Origin: Desulfobacterales bacterium
GTDB taxonomy: Bacteria; Desulfobacterota; Desulfobacteria; Desulfobacterales; SpSt-501
Direction: 5' to 3'
Length of the DNA: 64,000 nucleotides
NCBI GenBank assembly: GCA_030834695.1
Contig: JAUQXK010000097.1
Span: 24,823-88,822, forward strand
Positions 9,253 to 18,845 of this stretch are shown piece by piece. A program made the position numbers and the translations under genes. Below the pieces are notes generated by a model. The model did no database searches and was not told the origin of the DNA. It was given only the letters and a program-made list of their open reading frames with translations. How positions within the stretch are numbered: position 1 is the first letter of the stretch; each line of letters starts with the position of its first letter.

Positions 9253-9483
9253 TCATTCCAAAATTTCAAGTACCGCGCGTTTCTTATTCTTGGCGGAAGC
9301 CGCACCCAGGATCGTGCGGATGGCCTTGGCCGTCCGGCCCTGCTTCCCGATCACTTTGCCCAAGTCCATCTTGGCCACGTTCAGCTCCAGCACGGTCGCC
9401 TGACTGCCTTCCAGCACGTTGACGCTCACCTGTTCCGGACAATCGACCAGGGCTTTGGCTATGTATTCGATCAGCTCTTTCAT
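9253..9483 (-). CDS. KH-domain RNA-binding protein (KhpA/YlqC-like), copy 1
   Basis: 76 aa. [18 protein letters not shown] carries the KH GxxG core. It is a paralogue of 46558..46821. Confidence 0.8.
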   Translation of the reverse strand: MKELIEYIAKALVDCPEQVSVNVLEGSQATVLELNVAKMDLGKVIGKQGRTAKAIRTILGAASAKNKKRAVLEILE

Positions 9484-9723
9484 GGCGGCCTCTCTTTTGC
9501 CTGCAGTTCGCGGTCATCGGACGAAATATCTTAAACCCACAGCACGCTGCTGGAACCATGCTCAAGAGACAGCAATGTTTTCATTTAGCATAAAGCCAAC
9601 CAGAATTGCAATAAGGCTATTAAAATAAAAAATATCATTCATATTATCTTGTGTTTTTAATCTGAAATACATAGTTTTAAAGTGTAAATCTAAAAAACCA
9701 TCGGCCCCAGGGTTTTGTATCGT

Positions 9724-9744
9724 ATGCCACCGACAGCGTGGCAT
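9724..9744. promoter_or_regulatory. inverted repeat ATGCCAC-N7-GTGGCAT upstream of the acyl-CoA dehydrogenase
   Basis: Perfect 7-bp arms (9724-9730 and 9738-9744), about 30 bp upstream of ATG 9773, at the edge of a markedly AT-rich ~170-bp stretch (9560-9720). Confidence 0.3.
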
Positions 9745-9772
9745 GCGGTCTGGATCGGCAGGGAGAGGAAAC

Positions 9773-10918
9773 ATGGATTTCTCATTCCCGGAAGAATTGT
9801 TGTCTGATATCGGACGGTTCAACGATTTCCTGAACGATGGATTCGAAACGAGATTGAACGCCTGGTACCGCCGGCGAGACCTTCCGAGGGAGTTTTTTGC
9901 AGAGCTGGGCCGGGCCGGTGGTTACGGTTTTACGTTCTCAGAGGAGAGCCTTGTGAAGCGATCGGCCTTTCAGGAAGCTCTCTTCGCCGAGGAGTTGGCT
10001 CGGCGTTCGCCGGGTGCGGCCATTGCGGCGCTCGCCCACGCCGATCTCGGCATGATGGGGCTTTACCTTTTTGGCTCGGACCAGCTTCAGCGCCGCTACG
10101 CGGAAAATGCCTTAAACGGCAAAACGATCATGTGCCTCGGCAACACAGAAGGCCATGCCGGAAGCGATGTGGCTGCCGTTGCCATGCAGGCCGAGGCCGC
10201 CACTGACGGCTGGAGGCTCACCGGCACGAAATCTTTCGTTACCAACGGCGCCCTCGCCGACTTGGCCGTGATCACGGCCGTCACGGATCCCGGCGCGGAT
10301 CGGGCCCATCGGCTTTCGATGTTCCTGGTCGATCTCGAACAGCCCGGAGCCCGCCGCACTCGTCTCAACAAACAGGTTTGGCTGCCTTCGGACTTGACCC
10401 GGTTGGAGCTGAAGGACGTGGCGGTGCCCGCGGATCACCTGCTCGGTCGACGGGGTCATGGATTGGCGCAAGTGCTGCAAATTTTCACCCACAGCCGCGT
10501 GGCAATCGCCGCCTTGACGCTCGGCACCGCCGCCGGTGCTTTCGACCTGGCCGTAAGGCACGCCGCAAGGCGCACCGCTTTCGGCCGGCGCATTGCCGAT
10601 CACCAAGCCAAGTCGTTTGAAATCGCCGAACGGCATGCCGAAATCGAGGCCGCCCGCCTGGCGCTCTGGAAGGCCTGCTGGACGGTGGACCGCGGCGAAG
10701 ACTTCCGCGAGCAGGCCTCGATCGCGAAACTGCTGGCGGTTGCAGCCGCCCGCAAGACCACTGCCTGGGCCGCGGATATCTTCGGCGCCGCATCCGTCAT
10801 GTTCGAGCATCCCATCCACAAGTTCCCGATGGATGCCTGGGGGGCTTCTTTGGGTGAAGGCACCCAGGATGTCCAGAAGCTCATCATTTTCCGCGAAGTC
10901 ATTAAGCGCTACCGCTAA
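9773..10918 (+). CDS. acyl-CoA dehydrogenase family protein
   Basis: ORF 9743..10918 trimmed to ATG 9773 (GGGAGAGGAAAC upstream). ACAD-type N/M/C domain sequence (GNTEGHAGSDVAA...; C-terminal GEGTQDVQKLIIFREV). Confidence 0.9.
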   Translation: MDFSFPEELLSDIGRFNDFLNDGFETRLNAWYRRRDLPREFFAELGRAGGYGFTFSEESLVKRSAFQEALFAEELARRSPGAAIAALAHADLGMMGLYLFGSDQLQRRYAENALNGKTIMCLGNTEGHAGSDVAAVAMQAEAATDGWRLTGTKSFVTNGALADLAVITAVTDPGADRAHRLSMFLVDLEQPGARRTRLNKQVWLPSDLTRLELKDVAVPADHLLGRRGHGLAQVLQIFTHSRVAIAALTLGTAAGAFDLAVRHAARRTAFGRRIADHQAKSFEIAERHAEIEAARLALWKACWTVDRGEDFREQASIAKLLAVAAARKTTAWAADIFGAASVMFEHPIHKFPMDAWGASLGEGTQDVQKLIIFREVIKRYR

Positions 10919-11018
10919 GATCGATCACGCTGCTTTTCTTCTTCGAATTGATGGCTCCGGCAAGCAAACCGGTGCAACTTGGGCTGAGGTCCGGCAACCA
11001 GACCGAATCAACCATTTG

Positions 11019-12047
11019 TTACGGCTGCAACAGGATCTTGCCGAAATGGCCGCCTGCTTCCATCCGCCGGTAGGCCTCAATCCCGTCGCGCAACGGAAAC
11101 ACCCGATCGATCACCGGTTCGAGCTTGCCCTTCCAGAGCAGGTCCGTTACGGTGAGAAAATCCTGGTGGCTGCCCATGGTGCTGCCGATGAGGCTGATCT
11201 GCTTTCCGAAGATGAAGCGGATGTCGATCTCGGCCTTGGGCCCGCTGGTGTTCCCCACGATCACGATGCGGCCGCCGCGCGCCACCGCCTGCATGCTGCC
11301 GGCCAGCGTTGCCCGGCCGACGTTGTCCACCACCACGTCGACGCCGCGCCGGCCCGTAGCCTTTAGAACCTCCCGAACCCAGTCCGTTTGGGAGCGGTCG
11401 ATGACCCAATCGGCGCCCAGCCGGACGGCCTTGGCGGACTTTTCCGCGCCGTCGGCCACGACCCACACCGTGGCCCCGGCGAGTTTGGCGACTTGAATCG
11501 CCATGCTGTTCACTCCGCCGCCGGCACCCACCACCAGCACCGTCTCGGCCGGCTGAAGGCCGGCGCGGTGGATCAGCATGCGCCAGGCCGTCAGGCCGAC
11601 CAGCAGCGGAGCGGCCGCAGCGGCGAAGTCCAGGCCGGCCGGCATCTCCGCCAGATTGGCGGCCGGAACCGCCACGTACTCGGCGGCTCCGCCGCGGATA
11701 TGCTCTCCCAAAATGCAATAACCCGGACTGACCGACGCCGCGCCGCGCCGGGTGAACTCGTCTTCGAACCGGTTGGTCCCGGGGTCGACGACCACCCGCT
11801 GCCCCGCCGCCCAGCCGGACACGCCCGGACCCACCGCGGCGATCTCGCCGGCCACGTCCGCACCGCACCAGTGCGGCATTTCAAGCTTCAGCCCCGGCCA
11901 GCCGCGCCGAACCCAGATATCGAGGAAATTCAGGGCGCAGGCCCGGACCCGCACCACCACCTGCCCGGCGGCCGGAATCGGATCGGGCACGCTGCCATAG
12001 CGTAGAACATCGATCTCTCCGTGCGTTTGGAAAAAAACGGCTTTCAT
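11019..12047 (-). CDS. MDR-superfamily NAD(P)H quinone oxidoreductase / zinc-type alcohol dehydrogenase-like
   Basis: 342 aa. GADVAGEIAAVGPGV and Rossmann motif VLVVGAGGGVNSMAIQVAK. Confidence 0.85.
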   Translation of the reverse strand: MKAVFFQTHGEIDVLRYGSVPDPIPAAGQVVVRVRACALNFLDIWVRRGWPGLKLEMPHWCGADVAGEIAAVGPGVSGWAAGQRVVVDPGTNRFEDEFTRRGAASVSPGYCILGEHIRGGAAEYVAVPAANLAEMPAGLDFAAAAAPLLVGLTAWRMLIHRAGLQPAETVLVVGAGGGVNSMAIQVAKLAGATVWVVADGAEKSAKAVRLGADWVIDRSQTDWVREVLKATGRRGVDVVVDNVGRATLAGSMQAVARGGRIVIVGNTSGPKAEIDIRFIFGKQISLIGSTMGSHQDFLTVTDLLWKGKLEPVIDRVFPLRDGIEAYRRMEAGGHFGKILLQP

Positions 12048-12370
12048 TTACGGCACCTCCTTGGAAGGGGGTTGAATCTTTGGAGCGAATTCCTACGTCA
12101 AGCTGAAGCAATCTACATTCCCAATAGCACGCGCCGCTATAAATTCGAAGCACGAAATCCGGACGACCCAATGGCCGAAACGAGCAGCGTCAGTTCCACC
12201 GAGCCGCACGGGACATCGCCGATGGGCGTGCTTGACATCGGGGGGAAGCTCATTACATACTGAATCATCCCTCGTTGCGGCCGCCCGACGGCATCGATTG
12301 AGTTCAGCCTTCCTCCGCACCGGTGCCGACCGATGGAGGCCCCATCCCATAGACGCCGGCAGGAGTTGCC

Positions 12371-12781
12371 GTGTCCACAAGGTTCGAAGAAGTCGAACAC
12401 ACCGCAGACCGGGCGTTGCGCATATACGGCCGGAATCTGACAGAACTGTTTGTGAACGCCGCAGCGGGCATGAACAGCCTGTTGGTGGCCGGGGTTTTCG
12501 GGGATGCGGGCCGCGTCGCGAAACGCATCGAGCTGGAAGCGGGCGATGCGGAAAGCCTGCTGGTGGCCTGGCTGAGCGAGCTGGCCTTCTGGGCGGAGAC
12601 CGAATCCCTGATCTTCAACTGGTTTGATTTCATGGAGCTGTCCCCCGCCCGACTCGTGGCCGTCGTCCGCGGTGCCCCGGTTCAGGCGTTGGACAAGCAC
12701 GTCAAGGCGGTCACCTTTCACAATCTGGCCATCGGCCGCCATCCGGAGGGTCTGGTGGTGACCGTGGTGTTTGACGTGTAA
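12371..12781 (+). CDS. archease (RtcB activator)
   Basis: GTG start 12371 with AGGAG at 12361. FEEVEHTADRALRIYG carries the archease EHTAD signature. It lies directly upstream of rtcB. Confidence 0.85.
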   Translation: MSTRFEEVEHTADRALRIYGRNLTELFVNAAAGMNSLLVAGVFGDAGRVAKRIELEAGDAESLLVAWLSELAFWAETESLIFNWFDFMELSPARLVAVVRGAPVQALDKHVKAVTFHNLAIGRHPEGLVVTVVFDV

Positions 12782-12811
12782 CCCGCCGTTCGTCAGCGCT
12801 CAGGAGGACCC

Positions 12812-14263
12812 GTGGTGCGCATCCGTGACCTACGCAGAATCGACGCCTACCTCTATGAAATCCCGCCGTCTTTTCGGCCGGACATGCGCGTGCCGGCCCG
12901 GTTTTATGCCGATGCGGCCCTGATCGACAACATTCTCGGCGACCGCAGCCTGGAACAGCTGGTCAATACCGCCACGCTTCCGGGCGTCGTCAACCATGTC
13001 CTGGCCATGCCGGACATGCACCAGGGCTATGGGTTTCCCATCGGCGGCGTGGTGGCCACGGCCCTGCCGGACGGCGTGATATCCCCGGGCGGCGTGGGCT
13101 ACGACATCAACTGCGGCGTCCGTCTGCTGGCCAGCCAAATTGACGTCGAAGCGATCAGGCCGCACTTGGATGATCTGGCGTCGATGCTATACGCCAACTG
13201 CCCCAGCGGCGTCGGCAAGGGCGGCCCGGTGAAGCTCGCCGCCGGCGAACTGGATCAGGTCATGGAAAAAGGCGCGCGGTGGGCGGTCCAGCGCGGATTT
13301 GGAAGCGCCGCCGACCTGGAGCGCACGGAGGAAGAGGGCTGCCTGGCCGGCGCGGATGCGCAGAAAGTCAGCACACGCGCCCGGGACCGCGGCAAGGGCC
13401 AGATCGGCACGCTGGGGGCCGGCAACCACTTCATTGAAGTGGATGTGGTCGATCGGGTGGCGGACGATGCGATCGCCCGGCGCCTCGGTCTCTTCGCCGG
13501 GCAGGTGGTGGTCCAGATTCATTGCGGGTCGCGGGGTCTCGGGCACCAGGTGTGCACCGACTATGTCGACCTCTTCCAGAAGGCCGTGCACAAATACGGC
13601 ATCGATCTGCCCGATCGCGAGCTGGTCTGTGCGCCGCTGAGCAGCCCGGAAGGCCGGGACTACCTCGCCGCCATGAAGGCCGCGGCCAATTATGCGTTTG
13701 CCAACCGCCAGGTGCTGGTCTACCATATCCGACACGCCTTCGAACAGGTGTTGGCCGGAAAGCTGAATCACCATCACCTCTTCCAGGTTTATGATATCGC
13801 CCACAACATGGCCAAGTTGGAATCCCATCGGGTGGGAGCGCGGATGGTCGAGGTGTGCGTGCATCGCAAGGGCGCCACGCGGGCCTTCGGGCCCGGATCG
13901 GACGTACTGCCGCCGGTCTACCGGGACATCGGGCAGCCCGTGCTGGTACCCGGCTCGATGGGCACCTCCAGCTGGGTGCTGGTCGGTACCGAAGGCGGCA
14001 TGTCCCAGGCTTTCGGCTCCACCTGCCACGGCGCGGGCCGCACCATGAGCCGGCACCAGGCCAAACGCTCGGTGCAGGGACCGGCCTTGCGCCGGGAGCT
14101 CGAAGCCGCCGGGATCCGGGTACGCGCCGGCAGCATGGCCGGCCTGGCCGAGGAAGCGCCGGCGGCGTACAAGGACGTCGATCGGGTCGTAGACGTCGTT
14201 CACGAAGCCGGTCTGGCCCGGCGGGTGGCCCGGCTGGCGCCCCTGGCGGTGATCAAGGGCTGA
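12812..14263 (+). CDS. rtcB: RNA 3'-phosphate ligase RtcB
   Basis: 483 aa, GTG start after AGGAGG. RtcB motifs [33 protein letters not shown]. Confidence 0.95.
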   Translation: MVRIRDLRRIDAYLYEIPPSFRPDMRVPARFYADAALIDNILGDRSLEQLVNTATLPGVVNHVLAMPDMHQGYGFPIGGVVATALPDGVISPGGVGYDINCGVRLLASQIDVEAIRPHLDDLASMLYANCPSGVGKGGPVKLAAGELDQVMEKGARWAVQRGFGSAADLERTEEEGCLAGADAQKVSTRARDRGKGQIGTLGAGNHFIEVDVVDRVADDAIARRLGLFAGQVVVQIHCGSRGLGHQVCTDYVDLFQKAVHKYGIDLPDRELVCAPLSSPEGRDYLAAMKAAANYAFANRQVLVYHIRHAFEQVLAGKLNHHHLFQVYDIAHNMAKLESHRVGARMVEVCVHRKGATRAFGPGSDVLPPVYRDIGQPVLVPGSMGTSSWVLVGTEGGMSQAFGSTCHGAGRTMSRHQAKRSVQGPALRRELEAAGIRVRAGSMAGLAEEAPAAYKDVDRVVDVVHEAGLARRVARLAPLAVIKG

Positions 14264-14292
14264 GTCTTTTTCTCTTAAAAAGGAGGTGTCGT

Positions 14293-15201
14293 ATGAGAAT
14301 GAATTTCCGAAGCATCATCTGCGCCACCGATTTTTCGGATTTTTCCAACCGCACCATCCCCTATGGGATCGCGATCGCACGGGAGTTCGACGCGAAGCTT
14401 TACGTCTGCCACGTCATCGACTTATCGGCGGTTACGATCTACGGCGAGTTCCAACTGGACCCGATCGGGCAGCAGGTGCGCATCCAGCAGGAGGCTCAGG
14501 CCCATCTGCCCAAAATACCGGGGCTCGATCGGGTGACGTGGGAGCCGTTGATCGCGGTCGGCCAGCCGGCGGCCGAAATCGCCCGCTTGGTCGAAGAAAA
14601 GGGCGTCGATCTCGTCATCACCTCCACCCGCGGCCACTCCGGCCTGAAACGCCTCATCCTGGGATCGGTGACCCAGCGCCTGATGCGGACCCTGAGCTGT
14701 CCGCTGCTTGCGGTGCAAAGCCCCGAGGACGGCTTCATCGGCAAGGACACCGCCGGCATCCGGCTGAAGAAAATCCTGGTCGGCTGCGACTTCTCGACGG
14801 ACTCGGTGCTCAGTCTGAACTACGGGCTCAGCCTGGCCCAGGAGTTCGAGGCCGAACTGCACCTCATTCATGTCAGCGAGCCGCCGGCCTACCGTGAATT
14901 CATGTCGCCCGCCGAACAAGCCCAGGACATGGTTCACACCGATGTGTTCAAAGAGAAGCTGGAAGAGCTGGTGCCGCCGGAGGCCCGCAACTGGTGCTCG
15001 CTGCAGGTGGTCGTCCTGCGGGGGCAGCCGCACGAGGAACTGGTCGCCTATTCCGTGACGCAGAACATGGACATGGTCGTGATGGGGGTGCGGGGATACG
15101 GCCTGATGAAATCCTTGCTGATGGGATCGACCACCGACCGGGTGGTGCGGCGCTCGCCCTGCCCGGTTCTGACGGTAAGCGCCCATACCGGCAGGACCTG
15201 A
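14293..15201 (+). CDS. tandem-domain universal stress protein (UspA family)
   Basis: ATG 14293 after AGGAGG (14281-14286), inside ORF 13855..15201. Two USP domains (GSVTQRLMR..., GSTTDRVVRRSPCPVLTV). Confidence 0.85.
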   Translation: MRMNFRSIICATDFSDFSNRTIPYGIAIAREFDAKLYVCHVIDLSAVTIYGEFQLDPIGQQVRIQQEAQAHLPKIPGLDRVTWEPLIAVGQPAAEIARLVEEKGVDLVITSTRGHSGLKRLILGSVTQRLMRTLSCPLLAVQSPEDGFIGKDTAGIRLKKILVGCDFSTDSVLSLNYGLSLAQEFEAELHLIHVSEPPAYREFMSPAEQAQDMVHTDVFKEKLEELVPPEARNWCSLQVVVLRGQPHEELVAYSVTQNMDMVVMGVRGYGLMKSLLMGSTTDRVVRRSPCPVLTVSAHTGRT

Positions 15202-15263
15202 CGGATGGGAGCTGTTTCTCCGCTCAATGCAGCGACATCATTCATCGCCAAGGCTGGCTGGAG

Positions 15264-16106
15264 TCAAACTGCAAAGCCCGCGTCGGCGAATATCGGTTTC
15301 AGGAAGGCCAGGCTCTCCCGCCCGGCCGCCTCGGGGGTATCGACGTAAGGGTAGAGTTCCAAGCTGATGTCTCCGGCGTAGCCGAGCAGCCGCATGCGTT
15401 TCAGGACGTCGGCGAATCGGATGGCACCCTGCCCGGCGATCAGATGCTGATGGATCCGCGTTGCGGCGATGTCTTCCAGGTGGACGTGCCCCACCCATTC
15501 GAAGAGCGTCTCAAAGGCCTCCTGCGGGTCTTCCCCGGCGCAGAAAAAATGACCGATGTCGAAATTCACTCCGACTGCCGGTGAACGCACGCCTCGCATG
15601 AATTCCTGGAACTGACGGGTGGTTTCAATCATCAAGCCGGGCTCCGGCTCCACCAGGAGCCGGACGTTTAACTCTTCGGCGAGGGCTGCGACCTGCTCGA
15701 TCCCCTCGTAAAACAACCGTGCGGCCTCACCCCGGGTGACGCCGGACAGCGGTCCGCCGGGCGGCACGGAGATGTTGGTGCAGCCCAGACGACGGGCCAG
15801 ACGCAGGCAATCGCGGGTGTGACGGATGCGGATCTCCCTGCGCGGACGCTCCGGTTCGATCCAGGAAGGCAGATACGTGTCGCCCACCGCGAACAGCGTG
15901 AAGCTGTTCAGATTGGTCACCTTGAGCCCGCCGGAGGCCAGCGCCTGTTGGAGGCGATCGAGCTCGGCCTCATCGGCATCCGGCGGATACAGGTGCGGCC
16001 GGTCGGCCATGATCTCAACGCCCTTGAACCCCAGCCGCGCGATACGCGCCACCGCGTCCACCAGTCGAAACTTCACGAACGCATTGGTGCTGTAACCGAA
16101 AACCAT
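15264..16106 (-). CDS. sugar phosphate isomerase/epimerase (xylose-isomerase-like TIM barrel)
   Basis: ORF 15264..16160; likely start is MVFGYSTNAF at 16106. GFKGVEIMADRPHLYPPD and HVHLEDI-type metal-site motifs. Confidence 0.75.
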   Translation of the reverse strand: MVFGYSTNAFVKFRLVDAVARIARLGFKGVEIMADRPHLYPPDADEAELDRLQQALASGGLKVTNLNSFTLFAVGDTYLPSWIEPERPRREIRIRHTRDCLRLARRLGCTNISVPPGGPLSGVTRGEAARLFYEGIEQVAALAEELNVRLLVEPEPGLMIETTRQFQEFMRGVRSPAVGVNFDIGHFFCAGEDPQEAFETLFEWVGHVHLEDIAATRIHQHLIAGQGAIRFADVLKRMRLLGYAGDISLELYPYVDTPEAAGRESLAFLKPIFADAGFAV

Positions 16107-16264
16107 AAGCTTCCCCCACTGCTTGAGGAATCGGAGCCTCCCCGGCGGATGATCGCTCACCGGTCGCGGTCAAATATACGATCGGACCGGAGGGTGTCAA
16201 GAAACGCCTCTGCCGCCGGTCGTCGGGGGCAGGATTCCACAGCCCCTTTCGCAGGTCCTCCGGC

Positions 16265-16972
16265 TTACGAAGCCCGCCGCAGGGCGGAAACGGCTGTTCG
16301 TCGGTCCGTTTTCAGCCGGCCGTCGCTCAGCCGCATGACGCGGCCGGCATAGCCGGAACATTCGGCGCTGTGGGTGACCATGATCACCGTCATGCCGGAA
16401 GCGTTCAGGCGCTGGAACATCCGCATGATCTCACGGCTGTTTCCGGAATCCAGGTTTCCCGTGGGTTCGTCGGCCAGCAGCACCGGCGGCTCGTTCACGA
16501 TCGCCCGCGCCACCGCCACGCGCTCCTTTTCGCCGCCGGAGATCTCTCCGGGAAGCCGGCCGGCTTTTCCGCCCAGGCCGACCTCGGCCAGGGCTTCCTG
16601 CGCGCGGCGGCGCTTTTCCGGGCTGCCCTGCCGGCTCACGGCCAGCGGCAGCATGACGTTTTCGATCACCGACAAATAGGGAATCAGATGGAAGCTCTGG
16701 AATACGAACCCAAGATATTCGCGCCGGAAATCGGCCAGTCGGTCCGGATTCAGCGCGTACACGTCGATGCCGTCCACGTGCAGCCGGCCCGTGGTCGGTG
16801 CGTTCATCGCCCCAAGCATCCCCAGCAGGGTCGATTTACCGGCGCCGGACTCGCCCATGATCGCGACGAACTCGCCCGGAGCGATCCGGAAATTCAGACC
16901 GGAAACGGCATGCACCGCCGCCGCTCCGGCTCCGAAGGACTTGCCCAATTGGTCTGCTACGATGTAGCTCAT
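16265..16972 (-). CDS. ABC transporter ATP-binding protein (MacB/LolD-type)
   Basis: ORF 16265..17125 trimmed to ATG 16972 (MSYIVADQLGKSFG). Walker A GESGAGKST, signature SGGEKERV, Walker B VLLADEPT. Confidence 0.9.
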   Translation of the reverse strand: MSYIVADQLGKSFGAGAAAVHAVSGLNFRIAPGEFVAIMGESGAGKSTLLGMLGAMNAPTTGRLHVDGIDVYALNPDRLADFRREYLGFVFQSFHLIPYLSVIENVMLPLAVSRQGSPEKRRRAQEALAEVGLGGKAGRLPGEISGGEKERVAVARAIVNEPPVLLADEPTGNLDSGNSREIMRMFQRLNASGMTVIMVTHSAECSGYAGRVMRLSDGRLKTDRRTAVSALRRAS

Positions 16973-16997
16973 GCGTCTTTCCTTTCCAAGCAGGGCG

Positions 16998-18155
16998 TTA
17001 AAGCGCTCGCAACGCTTCGTTCGGATCGAGGCGCGACGCCATCTGCGCCGGATAGACCGTGGCGACCAGCCCCAGGACCAGGGCGAGGACCACCGCCCCC
17101 AGCGCCAACGCGGGCGCAAAGGCAACGGGCCCCGAATGGCCGTCGCCGGACAGGGCGAGCGCCGCCGCCGCCGACGCCCATCCCAGGCCGTAGCCGAAGA
17201 CCCCGGCCAGCGCGGAAATGATCCCGGCCTCCAGAAAAACGACCTGCATGATGTGTGACCGCCGGAACCCGACGGCCCGGAAAATGCCGATCTCTTCGGT
17301 GCGCTCCCGAACGCTTCCCATCATGGTGACCAGCACCACCAACCCGCCGATGAAAAGAACGACGGCGGATATCCCGTAGGAGAACTTCTGGAACTGAGCC
17401 AGGGCCTCCATGCGGCTTTTGACCACCTGCTGGATGGCCATGACCTTGGCGCCGGGCAGCACCGCCGCTATCTGCCGGACCATGTCCTCGATCGGGCAGT
17501 CCTTGCACAAGGCCGCCACCTCGACCATGGAGATTTTCCCGGACTTGGCGAAGAGCTGCTGGGCCGTGGCAAGGGTGAGAAACGCCAGCTGATCATCCTG
17601 AGAGCCGGTGAGCTCGATCCGCCCGGAGACCACCAGGTTGCGGCCGTTCACGGACAGGCCCTGGCCGGTTTCCAAGCCCAGCGCCCGGGCGGCCTCGGCC
17701 CCCAGCAGTACTTCGTCGTCCTGCGGAAACCGGCCGCCCACCCGCCACCACGGTTTGAGTATCTCGGCCGCCTTGAAATCCACGCCGGCCAGCAGCATCC
17801 GGCGGCTCTCCACGGACGCAACCCCCAGCACGATGGGGCCCACGGCCGCGATGTTGCGGTGGTTGGGGATGGTGGCCAGCCGCGCCAGTTCAGATTCCCG
17901 GATTTCCTCGAGATCGAACGACACCCCGCCCAGCGAAAGCCCGCCGTAGCTTAAGGATAGGTTTTCGGTTTTAGGCACGATCAGGATATTGGCGCCGTAT
18001 TGCTCGAGCTTGTGGGCGATGTCGTGGGTGGTCGCCTCCACGAAGGTGAAGATGCCGACGACCGTAGCGACTCCGACCACGAGCCCGGCCAGGATGAAGG
18101 CCGCCTTGCCTTTGCGTCGCATCAAGTTGCGGATGGATATCAATTTCAGTGTCAT
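16998..18155 (-). CDS. ABC transporter permease, FtsX/MacB-type
   Basis: 385 aa. N-terminal TM, large periplasmic loop, and a C-terminal FtsX-like 3-TM bundle (FRAVGFRRSHIMQVVFLEAG...). Confidence 0.85.
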   Translation of the reverse strand: MTLKLISIRNLMRRKGKAAFILAGLVVGVATVVGIFTFVEATTHDIAHKLEQYGANILIVPKTENLSLSYGGLSLGGVSFDLEEIRESELARLATIPNHRNIAAVGPIVLGVASVESRRMLLAGVDFKAAEILKPWWRVGGRFPQDDEVLLGAEAARALGLETGQGLSVNGRNLVVSGRIELTGSQDDQLAFLTLATAQQLFAKSGKISMVEVAALCKDCPIEDMVRQIAAVLPGAKVMAIQQVVKSRMEALAQFQKFSYGISAVVLFIGGLVVLVTMMGSVRERTEEIGIFRAVGFRRSHIMQVVFLEAGIISALAGVFGYGLGWASAAAALALSGDGHSGPVAFAPALALGAVVLALVLGLVATVYPAQMASRLDPNEALRAL

Positions 18156-18158
18156 GGT

Positions 18159-18710
18159 TCAGGCCTTTCTGGAAAAGTCAAAGTAGGTTTTGCCTTCCAG
18201 GACGTCGCTCACCCGGATCAGCAGCATCCCGTTTTCCATGCGGCGCTCCAACGGCGCCGGATTGCAGCCGCCCTTGACCTCGTTGACTTTGGTCGAGTGG
18301 AAGCGCTGGCCGCAGTTCCGACAGACCATGAAATCGCCGTCCTGGGCATAGCCCTTGCCCGCCGGCCAGCAGACGTCGCAGGCATCGAACGCCGCCCGCA
18401 GGACCCCGTCGGCACTCTTCACCACGAAGTAACGGATCGTGATGCCGCCGAGTTTGTGATCGAAGTAGTGCGCCTGGCCGTCGTTGAAGGTGGCCGCCGG
18501 CATGGACACGACATCACCGGAGACCCGGGCGGCAGTCGCTGGGTTGAGGGGGTTTGACGAGGTGTTCGCATTGAAATACCAAAACGCTCCGCCGGCCAGC
18601 AGAACCAGAATGGCAAGGCCGGCAATCAGCGGCTTGCGGTCGGGGCGGGGGGTACCGAGAACAGCGGCTTTCTTGGCCGCCAGCTTGTTGTTGGCAGGTT
18701 TCTGCAACAT
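18159..18710 (-). CDS. DUF2318-type membrane-anchored Cys-rich metal-binding protein
   Basis: ORF 18159..18803 trimmed to ATG 18710. One TM, then CDVCWPAGKGY...CRNCGQRF...GGCNP, which I recognise as the DUF2318 pattern. Confidence 0.7.
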   Translation of the reverse strand: MLQKPANNKLAAKKAAVLGTPRPDRKPLIAGLAILVLLAGGAFWYFNANTSSNPLNPATAARVSGDVVSMPAATFNDGQAHYFDHKLGGITIRYFVVKSADGVLRAAFDACDVCWPAGKGYAQDGDFMVCRNCGQRFHSTKVNEVKGGCNPAPLERRMENGMLLIRVSDVLEGKTYFDFSRKA

Positions 18711-18845
18711 GGTTATGCTCCTTAGCGATATTCGAATGAGTGGTCGGACACGGGCAGCCGGTTTGCTGGCCGGGTGGCCATCAGCAGCCGCCGAAGGCAG
18801 CATCCCGATTCGGAACGGGAAAAAGCAAGTTTTTGGACGAGGGGG

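Noticed and set aside
9657-9682. Apparent similarity between the AT-rich tract upstream of the ACAD gene (TTAATCT...TTTTAAAG) and the dyad upstream of the octaheme operon (61609-61635).
   Set aside because: The shared words are short and A/T-only, their spacing differs by 1 nt, and the second arm is not conserved. This is most likely a low-complexity coincidence.
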